Shown in pieces: positions 37,798 through 49,980 of a stretch of DNA of 64,000 nt (its first letter is position 1; every line of letters starts with the position of its first letter). The notes below the pieces were generated by a model, which saw nothing but the letters and a program-made list of their open reading frames with translations, ran no database searches and had not been told where the DNA came from. This DNA is from Lingula anatina (lineage: Eukaryota > Animalia > Brachiopoda). The stretch covers positions 69,604,788 through 69,668,787 of the forward strand of contig CM120640.1 in the NCBI GenBank assembly GCA_051362555.1, given 5' to 3'. A program made the translations under genes and the position numbers.

Positions 37798-39207
37798 TTA
37801 CGGGTCGTCCTGCATGTCCAGTTCTTCTTCAAGATCAAGAAGCCTCAAAATGTCTTTTGCCTCGCGCCTAATAAGCTGAAAAAAGAAACCAAATATTCAT
37901 GAGTCATTACCATGTCCCATACCTTCCATACTTGTTGGTGTGCACGTGTATCAGTATAAACATACCACGGGGCTGATATCAAAACAAAAGCATTGCAGGG
38001 ACCGATACAATAAATGAAACGGAGTGACTGCTACGTGCGAAAGATGGGCAGGAAATCAGCCAACTACTCACAGAAAACCACTGACCCATGTCATTGTCAA
38101 TACATACGCAACCACAAACCATTCACTCAAATGATTGGACGGTGACCGCAATTAGGCAGTAAACGCGGGGAAAGTCCATTCTTTGATATCACGCGGTGAT
38201 ATCAGCGTATATGCGCGGTGATATCAGCGTATTCTATTCAAAGTTAGGGGGTTTGGGTGGGGAACATGCACGATTTCCCTTTGTATGTATGACAAATAAT
38301 GCACTATTACCCCCTCGCCCGATATACACGATAGCATGCCTCGCTAGCGCTCGGCATGCTATCGTGTATATCGGGCTCGTGGACAGTGCATTATTGACTA
38401 CTTAATTCGCTCTGTCGTTGAATATGCTTGTCCTTGTGTCAGAATCTATTCAGTCGAGGGCACTCGGAATCATGTTTCCTGATTTAACTGAAGTTGATGC
38501 CCTGGCAATACCAAAGTTTGTCACTTTTAGTTTAAAAAAGCGGCGCAAATCTTTCTTCGAGAAAATAAAGAACAGCAAGGATATGCTTAATTACCTCTTA
38601 ATCTCCGGAAAATATATTCGAAGGCTACAGTGTAACAAACCAATCCAACTTCAATGAAAGATAATTCGAGATTGAACGTTTTCGAAACACCTTTTCCCCT
38701 TTTTAATCCAACTTTTAGGGGTCTTTGTTTTATCTCGAACTCAGTATGGACTTATTGTAATTCTTTTATTTATGTAAATATTAATACTTTTTATTCGAAC
38801 TGATTTTTTTTCTGTATACAGTTTCAACCTTTCGGTTGCAATGTTTCAAAAAACCTTATTACTATATTATCATTGTGCTGCAAACATGAGTGAAAGTCGT
38901 GGTACATACCTCTTTTCTCCTGTCAAACTCTTTGCCTTTCACTATTTTACCCTTTGGTGGGTGTCGGCCGGCCGCTTGAAATATAACCATAAGAACAACG
39001 TAAGGCAGGAAAAGATAACAATACTGGTAACTCACCAAAGTGGTGGTGACATTACAAAACAAGGCGGATCATTATCATTTCAAACTTCATCAGTTGTTCA
39101 GTTCAGATTAAAATAAAACTCAATACTTACTGAATGTTTCCCCTTCATGAATACAGCCAATCAGCAGTAATGCTACAATGAGCAGGACACAACTTCACGC
39201 GCATCAT
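37798..39207 (-). pseudogene. Frameshifted paralogue of the secreted peptide precursor; exons 39207-39131, 38974-38910, 37875-37798
   Basis: Same structure as the intact copy, but a 2-bp deletion in the signal exon (tgtgtc versus tgtgtgtc) gives an early TGA. Repaired reading: signal..HEGET-FTAGRHPPKGKIVK-GK-EFDRRKELIRREAKDILRLLDLEEELDMQDDP*. Confidence 0.75.
38295..38395. repeat. Long palindrome (24-bp perfect stem, 12-nt loop, extended outer arms) inside a roughly 0.9-kb intronic insertion
   Basis: gcccgatatacacgatagcatgcc (38317-38340) is the exact reverse complement of 38353-38376. Outer arms are aataatgcact and agtgcattatt. Confidence 0.9.
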
Positions 39208-41226
39208 TTTTATTTGTAACTTTCAAAATGGTGTCGCACTGGCGCAGCGTCCTCTTATACACAGTAACCGGAGATGTAGTGGACGTCATTAGCTTGCGGT
39301 CAGGCCCAAACGATAGGGTTCAGTGGAAATTGCACTAACGCTTTTGTTAAGCAGGTGAAATCTCCATATTTCCGCTCAGTGAGCATACAATTTTGTCAGA
39401 AATAAGCCAGTTGGAACTGGTGGTGTCTAGTCTCTACGCTGTACTTTTTGTCAACCAACAGTAACGCCTGTATGATGTTTTTTTTTTTTTTTTTTTTTTT
39501 TTTGTTTTTTTGTCTACACTGAACTTTGCATGCATTGCCAGTCTCAAAAATATAATTTCTTGGCAAAATCTAAAGGGAAGTTTTTGAATTTTTTTCAGTG
39601 GGACCTTCGGCCAGTTAGTTTCGGGTCACCGCCTGTCCGCCTTTAGTGGTTACTGCTGGTAGTGTTCGTTCAACCATGGACGTAAATAGATATCTACGAC
39701 CTTGATAAATCATATTCTAAAATTTGGGCTCGTTAAACTTTAAAATACTATACGGAGCACGCCCCAAACACACACCATTCACAGCTGCGTCTTTTAAACG
39801 ACGAATTTAAGAACACTTTTCACTGCTGCCACCTTGGTCAAGATAAGGATACCAATAAAGGACACCCCCCTCGAATAACTGATACACAGGATTATCTAAC
39901 TGGAAAAGACTAGGACCAAAAAGTAGATACAAATTAGTTAGAAAAGCGAACTGATTTTTAAATGATGGATAACGGTATCTGAAGGATAAATTGGACCTCT
40001 GCAATGATCCATTAATACTAGGCAGTGATTGAAATTTTCTTTCACGAGGAGCATATATATATATATATTCTGTAGAAAAAGGTGTACGTGTGTCCTCCCA
40101 AATATCATCCTCAGAGACTCACGATTCACTTCAAGAGTCACATTGAAAAAAAAACTTAAGTCGGTTGAATACGGTGACCTGGTTACTCTGAGCGAGATGT
40201 TGTTTTAATATATTTTTTTATCAAACAAATCAAATTAATAATGGATAACAATTCATTAATTTTCTCGAACTAAACATTGTATTTGTGTATCAATATCGGA
40301 AACATTTAAAGTACGACAGGATATTATCAAAATAATGACCGTTTTCTTGATTATGTTGCACAGTTCTCTTCTCCGAGACAAACTATAATACTGTTTGTCA
40401 TCTTATTCGATTGAAGAGTAGTATAATAACATGATTTAAATCTATGTTATAATGTAATATATTCTAAATCACAGATAGATAGAGAGTCCGCTTCCCATTC
40501 ATTTGTTTAGGTAAGCCTCGCCCTTGATTTTGACCCACTTACGACAGGTTAACCCTAACCATTAAAACTAAATGGAAGGCGGACTTTCTGTTACACGGAC
40601 CCTCAGTTTCGTTACGCCGGCACAAACAGACCGGTAGCAATGTCGGCATTTTTGGTGATTATAACTCGGAGGTAAATATTTTCTCAAACTTTCATTCATT
40701 TCCCTTGCCCCAAAAGATACATTTATATTGCAGATACAAATGAAAAAATAAAATTTTCTACCCACCCACAATCTAAATTGAACGTTTGTGATGTATCCTA
40801 GGTCATTTGCAAAATGCACTTTACCAACATCCGTTCATCAACAGCAGTTCTTGGTATTCGAATGGGTTCTTGGCGTACATGTCCGCAGTAAGATTGATCT
40901 CAATGTCGTGCGTATATTTTAAACAAACCAATTTGACAGTAAAGATTACGAACACTGCAGTTTCTATCAATTGCAAAACAGCTTAAATCCCCTCGCCCTC
41001 CTGTATCAATAAGCTAAACGCTGTACTCTAAAATGCCAAGACAGGCTGGCTGAAATGACATTTGCACACTAATATATATATATTACTGCACATTTTTATT
41101 ATCTATATTTCATCATCTGATGATTTGACTTTTCACAATTAAGTAACAGCATGGGGAAATATGCAGTTTCGTTTGAATTCTCATTCTAAAAGTTTAGTTA
41201 TGGAGACTCCTCGATGTTGTCTGCCG

Positions 41227-41723
41227 TCACGGATCGTCCTGCATGTCCAGTTCTTCTTCAAGATCAAGAAGCTTTAAAATGTTTTCCGCCTCACGTTGAA
41301 GAAGCTGAAAAAGAAACCAAATACTCACGAGTCATTGCCATGTTCCATAGCTTCAATGTTAGTGGATAATGAGTGATGTTGGAAAAATGGTAAAAGTTGT
41401 AGTACAAACCTCTTCCCTCAGGTCTAACTCCTTTCCCTTCACCTTTTTAGCCTTAATGCCGTTGCCTGAAATATAACCATATGGACCACATAAGTACGCA
41501 GGTAAGTATAACAATGCGTAGCCAAAGTACCAGTGATATTATAGATGAAGGCAGATCATTATCATTTCAAACTTCATCACTTTAATCATTTTTTTTAAAT
41601 CTGAAGGGATCTTGCTCAGTTTTCAATTTAATTCCAATACTTACTGAATGCTTCTCCTTCATGAATACAGCCAATCACCAGTAATGCTACAATGAGCAGG
41701 ACACACAACTTCACGCGCATCAT
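41227..41723 (-). CDS. 70-aa secreted peptide precursor (AMP/toxin/neuropeptide-like): MMRVKLCVLLIVALLVIGCIHEGEA-FSNGIKAKKVK-GK-ELDLREELLQREAENILKLLDLEEELDMQDDP; exons 41723-41645, 41465-41410, 41304-41227
   Basis: Signal peptide ending GEA, canonical GT-AG introns (phases 1 and 0), a TATA-like TATAAGA about 45 bp upstream, and an exon structure conserved in the duplicated copy. Confidence 0.85.
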
Positions 41724-41763
41724 TTTTATTTGAAACTTTCAAAATGATGTCGCACTGGCGTCC

Positions 41764-41770
41764 TCTTATA
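41764..41770 (-). promoter_or_regulatory. TATA-like box of the peptide precursor gene (equivalent at about 39253-39259 in copy 1)
   Basis: gtgTATAAGAgg on the minus strand is conserved in both duplicates shortly upstream of the ATG. Confidence 0.55.
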
Positions 41771-42896
41771 CACAGTAAACAGTGATGTAGTGGACGACAT
41801 TAGCTTGCGGTCAAGCCCAAACATTTATTTCAAATGTCTTTTATGTAGGAGGGTAGATGCGATAGGGTTCAGTGGAAATTGCACTAACGCTTTTGTTTAG
41901 CAGGTGAAATTTCCATATCTCCGCTCATTGAGCATACAATTTTTGTCAGAAATCAGCCAGTTGAAACTGGTAGTTTCAGTTTTTACGTTGTATTTTTTGT
42001 CAACAGTAGCGTGCTAATGGCTTTTTTTTTTGTGTGCTTCACTGAATTTTGCATACATAACCAATTTAAAAAATAAACTTTCTTGGCAAAATCTCAAGTT
42101 TAATTTTTGAATTTTTTTCAGTGGGACCTTCGGCCAGTTAGTTTCGGGTCACCTCAGTTACGCCTTTTGTGGGAACTGCTGGTAGCGTTCGTTCCACCAT
42201 GGACGTAAATAGATATCTACGTACTTGGTTTATCCTTGATAAATCATGTTCTAAAATTTGCGCTCGTCGTTGTTAAACTTTAAAATACTATACGCAGCAC
42301 GCCCCCCTCCCAACACACACTGCTTCGTCTTTCAAACGACGAATTTAAGAACACTTTTCACTGCTGCCACCTTGGTCAAGATAAGGATACCAATCAAGGA
42401 CACATTCTGAGTAAGGGTGTCCTCCCAAAAAAACATTGCCGGAGACTCACGATTCACTTCAAGAGTTACGTTGAAAGAAGAAACTCCACTTGGTTGTATA
42501 CGGTGACCTGGCTACTCTGAGCGAGGTGTTGTTTTTAATATATATTCTTTATTAAACAAATCATATCAGTAATGGATAACAATTCATACATTTTCTCGGA
42601 CTTAACATTGTATTTGCGTATCAATACCGGAAACATTTAAAATTACGATAGAATATAATCCAAATAATGACCGTTTTCTAGATTTTGTTGCGAAGTTCTC
42701 TCCGATACAAACTATAATTACTGTTTGTCATCTTATTCGATGGGATCGTGGAGCGTGGTATAATCAGATGATTTAAATCTATATAATGCCGAGTTCATTT
42801 TTGTCAACATATATTCTGAATCACAATATCATGGTAAAATTTCACACATCAGTGGCACACATTAATTATGTAATCTCCCACGTGCTGGCGTTCCTT

Positions 42897-43202
42897 TTAG
42901 CACGCCCCCTGGTACACCACCAAGTTGTCAATAGCCATGTCGCTGGTATGACTTCGCCCAACTTCACCCTCAATGTACAGCTGCAAGTAAAGAAAGCAAA
43001 CAAGTGATATTCGACAAAATGGCAATGTAGGGCTTTTAGTAAATGTTTTGTCACAGGTTAAAAACAATTTCATAAGGCATTTTATCTATAATATATATTT
43101 TTTTCCGATCCAAACCCCTTCGGCTCCAAAATAAATGGCATCCGTATTTGAAAAAGGAAAGGGAAAGAAAAGAAGGTGTTCGTGATAGCAAAAATATTAC
43201 AA

Positions 43203-43233
<31 letters not shown>

Positions 43234-46200
43234 ATCAGTTTTGGTTGAATTAGATGTCTAAGCAGACACTCACATTGTAAGTACCATAGCCGCTGACTCT
43301 TGCCGTGAGCCGCATACGGCGCCACATATTGCCCTGATCTCCCCATTTCTGCCAGACGGGGTACGTGTTGTAGTCATACCTCACCCCGATATTCATGGTG
43401 CCCATGTAGTCACCGTACATATGGTAGTAGAAGTCGACACAGTATTCTCCGTTAGTGGCCGTTATGTACGGAGAGATGATTCGGGCTTTCAGGTTGTAAT
43501 ATCCAGAGGCTTCCAAGTACATGTAGTATCCTACAACGAAAATCATTGTTAGTGCTTTAGATTCGGGCTATTGTAAGGCAGCAGTATGTGCAAGAAATGT
43601 AAATAAGCATGCCGCATTATTGAAACTGTCCAAGTGAAACGACCAAGTGAAGATTTAAAAAAATAAGTAACATATTCATAGACAAAACATAACAAACATA
43701 AACAACCATGACTTGCGGTCCATTACAAGAATACGCATTACCCCTATGGCTTTCTGGTGTGTGTGGGATCATACATAGAAACTGGATACTCACGCTGACA
43801 AAAAATACAATAAATAATCATTGTCCTTACAAATCAGACATCAAATAACTAAAACATGTGAAACATGATATATAAACTAAAACTACTATAGGGTAATGCA
43901 GCATTAGATTGTGGGACAACGCAAGCACCGGTGGCAGCAAAAGACGAAGTACTCGAAGCAAGGTTGGTAACAAACAATAAAAGACCATTTTGGTGCCCTA
44001 AGTCTTTCTGTTCAATACACTGTAATACAGGTTTCTCCTTTCGGTCGAGAGACTCAAGACCATTGTGACCCAATACTTCATGTTAGAAAGTTCAACGTGT
44101 GAGCATTTCAGTCGTACTTCTTTTAAAACCTATATGTTCATGAACATTGACATTGATATTGCAACTGATTTAACTTCTTGAGACCAACAACTAAAAGTTA
44201 AATTTCAGATACTCAGAGTATCTCTAATTTTACTAGTAGTGGCTGATGTCTTATTTTTCATACTTAATAAGAAACCCTGTGTAGAAATATTGTATGCGGA
44301 TACTAACAATCGATAACTACAATGCATTGGATTTTCGCCAGAAAATACTCAGACTTGGTGCCATTCGCTCATCATCATTTAAGTGATTTCAATTAGTAAA
44401 TTAATATGACAGCTGCGTGGTTTGTTCTCATCCTTAACTGACAAGTCTAGCACAAATGACATCTGCATCTGTAATGACCCCGAATTTAAACCATTTGTCA
44501 TTGTAGACTAAGTAACGCGTAATGCATTGGACTGCATTATGGGTTTCATCTTCATCTTTATTTTTAAAATGCCAACCGAAACACCACTTTCTTCTGCCTG
44601 ACAACTGATGTTTAGTCCATATTAATATTATATGATGTTACTTTCAACTGGTAAATTACGGAGATTGTTCAAAGATCAAACTTCCTCTTTGCTCACCGAC
44701 CAAGTTGTTCATTGAATGACACTCTTTTCCTTAGAGGCCTCCCTTGTCAGAGAGTGACTTAAAGGTATCAAATATTCCTTGAATAAATGAAAGCAATTTT
44801 CTCCAAACTCACAAATTATAACTCGACCCGTGTGCTTTAAAACATTTCGATTTAAAAAAATTAAGTTCTGGTCTTATTTTGACCGCCACGTCTTCATTTC
44901 AGAAGGGAATGGGACATCACTATTTTACCGTTTTCAGAATCTAAATAGGGAAAAATAAGGTGCTCTTCTGGCTATGCAGACGTAAAAACATGACTTTAAG
45001 CCATAGCAGAGAATACAAGTAATTTTTTTTTAGAATTCCACATCTGAGTGCCTTACCCGCATATATACCATCAGTGTATACATACAGGTATACCTTACTC
45101 CACCTGCACATATACCTAAACCGCTATATACGTACCTTACCTGGTCTTACCTGCACATATACCTAAACCGCTATATACGTACCTTACCTGGTCTTACCTG
45201 CACATATACCTAAACCGCTATATACGTACCTTACCTGGTCTTACCTGCACATATACCTAAACCGCTTTACATGTACCTTACCTGGTCTTACCTGCACATA
45301 TATCTATATCACTATACACGTACTGGTACACATGTGTACCTTAAATGCATATACCCTATATACCTAAACCGCTACATGCGCACCTTACCTGCACATATAC
45401 CTAAACCGCTGTGTGCGTACCTTACCTGACCTTATCCTCACATATACCTAAATCGCGATACACGTACCTTGGCCAGAGGCACTTAAGTCTGAGGACGGTC
45501 CCGTGTTATAGCTGGGGGTAGAACCAGAACGCAGGTACCACTGGTGGGGCACCGACGTGTCCACTTCCCAACCGCACAGAGTCCCCTCGTCGAAAGTACA
45601 GTAGAACAGTATATCTAGAGAGATGGAGAAATCGCTCTTAATTTTAAAGAGTATTGTTTTATACTTTGTACGATTCCTTAACAGTGCAAAATGTGTGGAC
45701 TTTCATCTGAGTATTATAGCAATTACGAAAATAACCCGGCTCAGTTTATACAATTACTTTAGAAATATTTCAGTTAGAATAGCATTTCAATTAAAATATG
45801 ATAAAATTGCTGCTAATAGTTTATGTAAATCAGATGCATGGCGGAATTCAGAGAAGAATGAATTAAAGAAGGTATGACTGAATATAAAGTTTTGTGTAAT
45901 TTATGTTTTTTTTTTAAATTCTGTACTGATAGGCCATGTATCATTGAAATGAAATAAGCTGACTGAAGTACAGAGCTATTCAGGCGACTGAGACGTACTG
46001 TTAGTGACAGGCGGAGGGTTGGTGATAACTGGGACGACTGGCATGGGGGTAGGCACCACATTGGGGGGTAAGGTGGGCGGCTGTGTGGGAGGCTGCGTCG
46101 GTCTTAAAGTCTGTCCCTGTTGACTGTCTGAAATTACACGGGAAAGCTTTATTGAAGGTTAAACGTGTGATATCCTTGAATTGAAAAAAATTATATATCT

Positions 46201-48676
46201 AACATAAGCAGTTATATAATATAATATAATATAATATAATATAATATAATATAATATAATATAATTTGCTTATATGTGATTGATCATTTATATTAAGCTT
46301 TTATTATTGGTTTAAAACATGTTGGGGAGTAGTGCAAGTGCCCAATAACACAACCTACAAAAAGTATTTCAAAACGAAAAATATTTCCTAAAATATTAGG
46401 CCCCTATGTGAAAGATTAGAAATATTAATCTCCAAGGGAAACAAACAAGTTCTATCAAATGAACAGGCTTTGCAATGTTAAGATTGGGTTATAACACAAA
46501 TTATTATCATAAACCAACGGTATTCGTTTCCCGATGTATCTTAAAAGGCTCATACTCTGGCAGCCGTAGCGGGAGAGCACCTCCAAGACGTCGATCTCAG
46601 ACAGCCTCACTCTCTGACCCATCACCGACAGCATGGACTGGTCCCGCGGGATAATGGTCGGCTTGCTGCGGTCCTGGGCGAACGAGTAGGCCGAGTAATG
46701 CATCACAGACCCATAGTCATAACGGGCGTAGTTCACCGTCTGGGAGGAGTCGTACTTCTGGAAGTTGCCGTCCTTGCCTGGGGTGAGGTTTGGAAATTAG
46801 AATACAGGTATAAATACTTCCATTTTCAACATGAACTTACTAGATGGTATTTTGTTTAAGCGAATGCAGGATGGGTTGTCCCGATGACATCCGTCCCCGG
46901 AAAACTAGTGTTCGACCATTGAAATAATTAAATTTAGCTCAAAAACATTAGCGATGCACTAATATGAAAGGATTGCAAATGCACTTCTATAACAAATGGC
47001 TGAAAATTAAAAATGAAAAAGAGACAGAATGAACCATCAAGTGTCCCTCACCGCTCTGAATGTTGCTGTAATCTATGGTGACGTACTGGTCACGGTCTGA
47101 GCGACTCTGCTCGTGGAAGAAGCCTAAGGCATGCAGGAGCTCGTGCATGATGGTCCCCTTCCTCTCACATCCACGCCCTATCGAGACCAACTGCTCCCCT
47201 CCGGCTCGACCCACTGTAGAGTAGCAACTGATAAAGGAAATAAGGCACTTCATGAGCGTAAAAACTTGGTGTAGCAGAAAACTTGGTGTAGCAGAAAAAA
47301 ATCTAGGGAATTTAAATATTGTTTCCTTTATCGTCTATGAACATTACGTGTACATTCAAAACCGGTGGTAAATTTACGATGTATACATCTACACTTAACA
47401 CCAGTTTTTGAGAGGATTGTTTATTTTCTTAACAGTTTTGAGTTGAGTATACCAGCACCTTGGTAATTGAGAGAAATCAATTAAATTTTCAGGAAAGTCA
47501 TCATTATTATCACTATTGCTTTGCTGTTAATAAATAAATAAATAAAAAAACAAACACTTTCAGCATCAACTGCAAAATGGGTATTTCTATGACTTATTAA
47601 AATATTTATATCTATATCTAACCAAAACGTAGAAATCGGCCACTTCTGTTCACAATTTGAATTGGCGTTGAAGTCAAATTAAACTAGTCTTCAATGCTTC
47701 TCAAAAAAAAAAAAAAAAAAAAAAAAAAAAGAATAAATAAATAAATAAATAAAAATTAAGCCATGGCAACATGTATCAAAATGGCTGCTGAGTTATGCTT
47801 TACGTGATACTTCGAATTTTAATATTCATCACGTATCGACTATTTGAAGTTTATATTTTGAAAGCAAAATTGAGAGTTTTCAACTTCGCACTTACAGAAT
47901 ACACTGAGATGGGTGAGGACAGCAGTAACATTTAAGGGAGGACATATCATAGGCCCTATATTGTTCTTTATTTAGCTTCTTGATTCAAATAACAAAGTGA
48001 TTATAACTATATTACCCAGATTTAGGTTGAATATGCACATAGTCGGTGTGGGTAGTCTTTGGCTCAAAGCGAATACAGCCGCCAGTCTTGGTGGTAATTT
48101 CCTGCATGGCTTGCTGTATAGTGGTGGCCACACTGGCCGCTGAAATAGCAACAACAACAACCTGCTGTGCATGTCGGGATACCCTCTGACCACAAGCTCC
48201 GCTAGTAGTCGGTTTAATTTTGTATAGTATTCTACAGGTCCCTGTTGTCAGAGGACACTGTCGGGCCATATTCGTTAATAACGGTATAATGCTTTATTCT
48301 AAAATTCCACTTGGAGCGTTACATGGAGCTCTATTCGAACAAAATGCTGAATCATGAAGGAAGACATTTCTACAGCAGTAAGAATATTGGCCTGTCTAAA
48401 ATACCAAACAAATACCAAATTAATTTCTTACCAGATCTTACATGTAGCTATAACAAACATGAAATAACCTTGTTTCGTTATTGTTTTGTTTGTTTTTAGT
48501 TATTAAATGTGTGTGTCATAATGATCGAAAAAATAATCGAGGCACGTGTTGTCTTTGTAAGAACTTACGGTAACTCGTGCTAATGACATAGGCCACGACA
48601 CCATTTGGCCATTTTGTTCTCTGGGAACTCATTGCATTTCGCAGCTAATAAAAAGAAAACAAGAAATTAATTTTGG

Positions 48677-48734
<58 letters not shown>

Positions 48735-49980
48735 ATCTGTTTGGCCACGTGTGGTGTAATGGTTATGGTGAAATGATTTCTGTACGCAGTCTAATCATGC
48801 TTCAAAGAAGATTTATGACTAAAGATTATGAAAAAATGATTCAATAAGGCCGAAATACCACTGAGACCATGGAATAAGTAAAGGAACCGTTTTTGCTTCT
48901 CTGTTTGATCTGAACTTTAATCAGTATGCATAGTAATTTCTGAATATCATGAGAAAACAAGCTAAATTGACTACATTGACTAAAGCTCGGGCGTATAAGA
49001 TGTACTAAATAATTTCCATTACCTTAAACATTTTCATGACTTCTTTCTCTTGCATGTCTATGTCTCCTTCGAATCGTCCTGAAATTTCATTTTAAAGGCA
49101 TTCGTATTTCATATCGTTTACCAAAACCTCAAATCATTTTGAAATTTATTGGCAGACAACACTACATAGTACATGGGCCTTTTTTTAACAACGTCATACC
49201 TAAATGTTAAATGTATCATATTTATAGGACGTATACACACAGGTAAAACATGACTGTCTTCATGGGAAAACACAATGTGTAGACAAACATGTACTTTTAT
49301 TAGAATAAATCCAAGCAGAGGTGACATACCTGACATTTCCTCCGGGTTGGCACCTGACATTGGGAGAGCTGAAATAACATAGGAAAACATGAAAAAAGTA
49401 CTGAAATAATTGGTGGCTTAGCTATGTAGGATATAACTTAAACATATGGCGTTCAACATGTTCTATAGTACTCTTTCCTATGGTTGTTTTCTGGTATAAT
49501 CTGTGACACCAGAACCAGAAACGCCCATTTAATTTTTAAAAAACTGCTTTGTATTTTGTTTCAAAACTATACATATGGCCAATAGCATCATTTATTCAAC
49601 GTTGAAATGTCAATTTCTCAAATGACCTACATTTGTTTTGTTCTTATCATATGAGATCAGACATACCCCATTCTCCTTTGCCAAACTCACTGATGTCTAC
49701 CTGAAAGGAAGCAACAGCAAAGTTACGGGTGACATTGAATATTTGAATTATTCGAAAAAGAAAAAAATATGCACCCATAACACCTCTTTTCGTATATAAA
49801 CAAAGATGTCTGACTTGTAACGGCTAAGGCAAAACTATCGTTTTTAGAAATTCCTGTGTACCAAACCTGCACTGTTTCCTTCTCTACGACTTTTGTATCG
49901 GGTTTGATCGGGGGGTCGGTTGGTCTCCCAAAAGCCCCCGTTAATATGAACGCAAACGCACATATGGCGACAAACGCCAT
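42897..49980 (-). CDS. Secreted astacin (M12A) metalloprotease with a Pro/Thr linker and a C-terminal MAM domain (meprin-like); 12 exons: 49980-49867, 49700-49667, 49368-49330, 49078-49023, 48644-48569, 48139-48016, 47227-47052, 46777-46556, 46127-45999, 45614-45468, 43530-43274, 42980-42897
   Basis: Signal [18 protein letters not shown]; prodomain NPEE..FEGDI; mature start [12 protein letters not shown]; zinc motif [19 protein letters not shown]; Met-turn YDYGSVMHY; MAM domain [54 protein letters not shown]. Confidence 0.95.
45050..45467 (-). repeat. 47-bp minisatellite at the 5' end of astacin intron 10, rich in splice-donor motifs
   Basis: The plus-strand unit cgtaccttacctggtcttacctgcacatatacctaaaccgctatata recurs at 45131, 45178 and 45225, with degenerate copies on both sides. 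Confidence 0.9.

Larger units (their letters stand above)
37145..42825. repeat. Direct tandem segmental duplication (copy 1 about 37145-40470; copy 2 about 40615-42825)
   Basis: Collinear near-identical blocks, e.g. ggcatttttggtgattataactcg (about 37170 and 40646), gtcctgcatgtccagttcttcttcaagatcaagaagc (about 37807 and 41237) and aagaacacttttcactgctgccaccttggtcaagataaggatacc (about 39809 and 42347). Copy 1 carries extra insertions. Confidence 0.9.
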
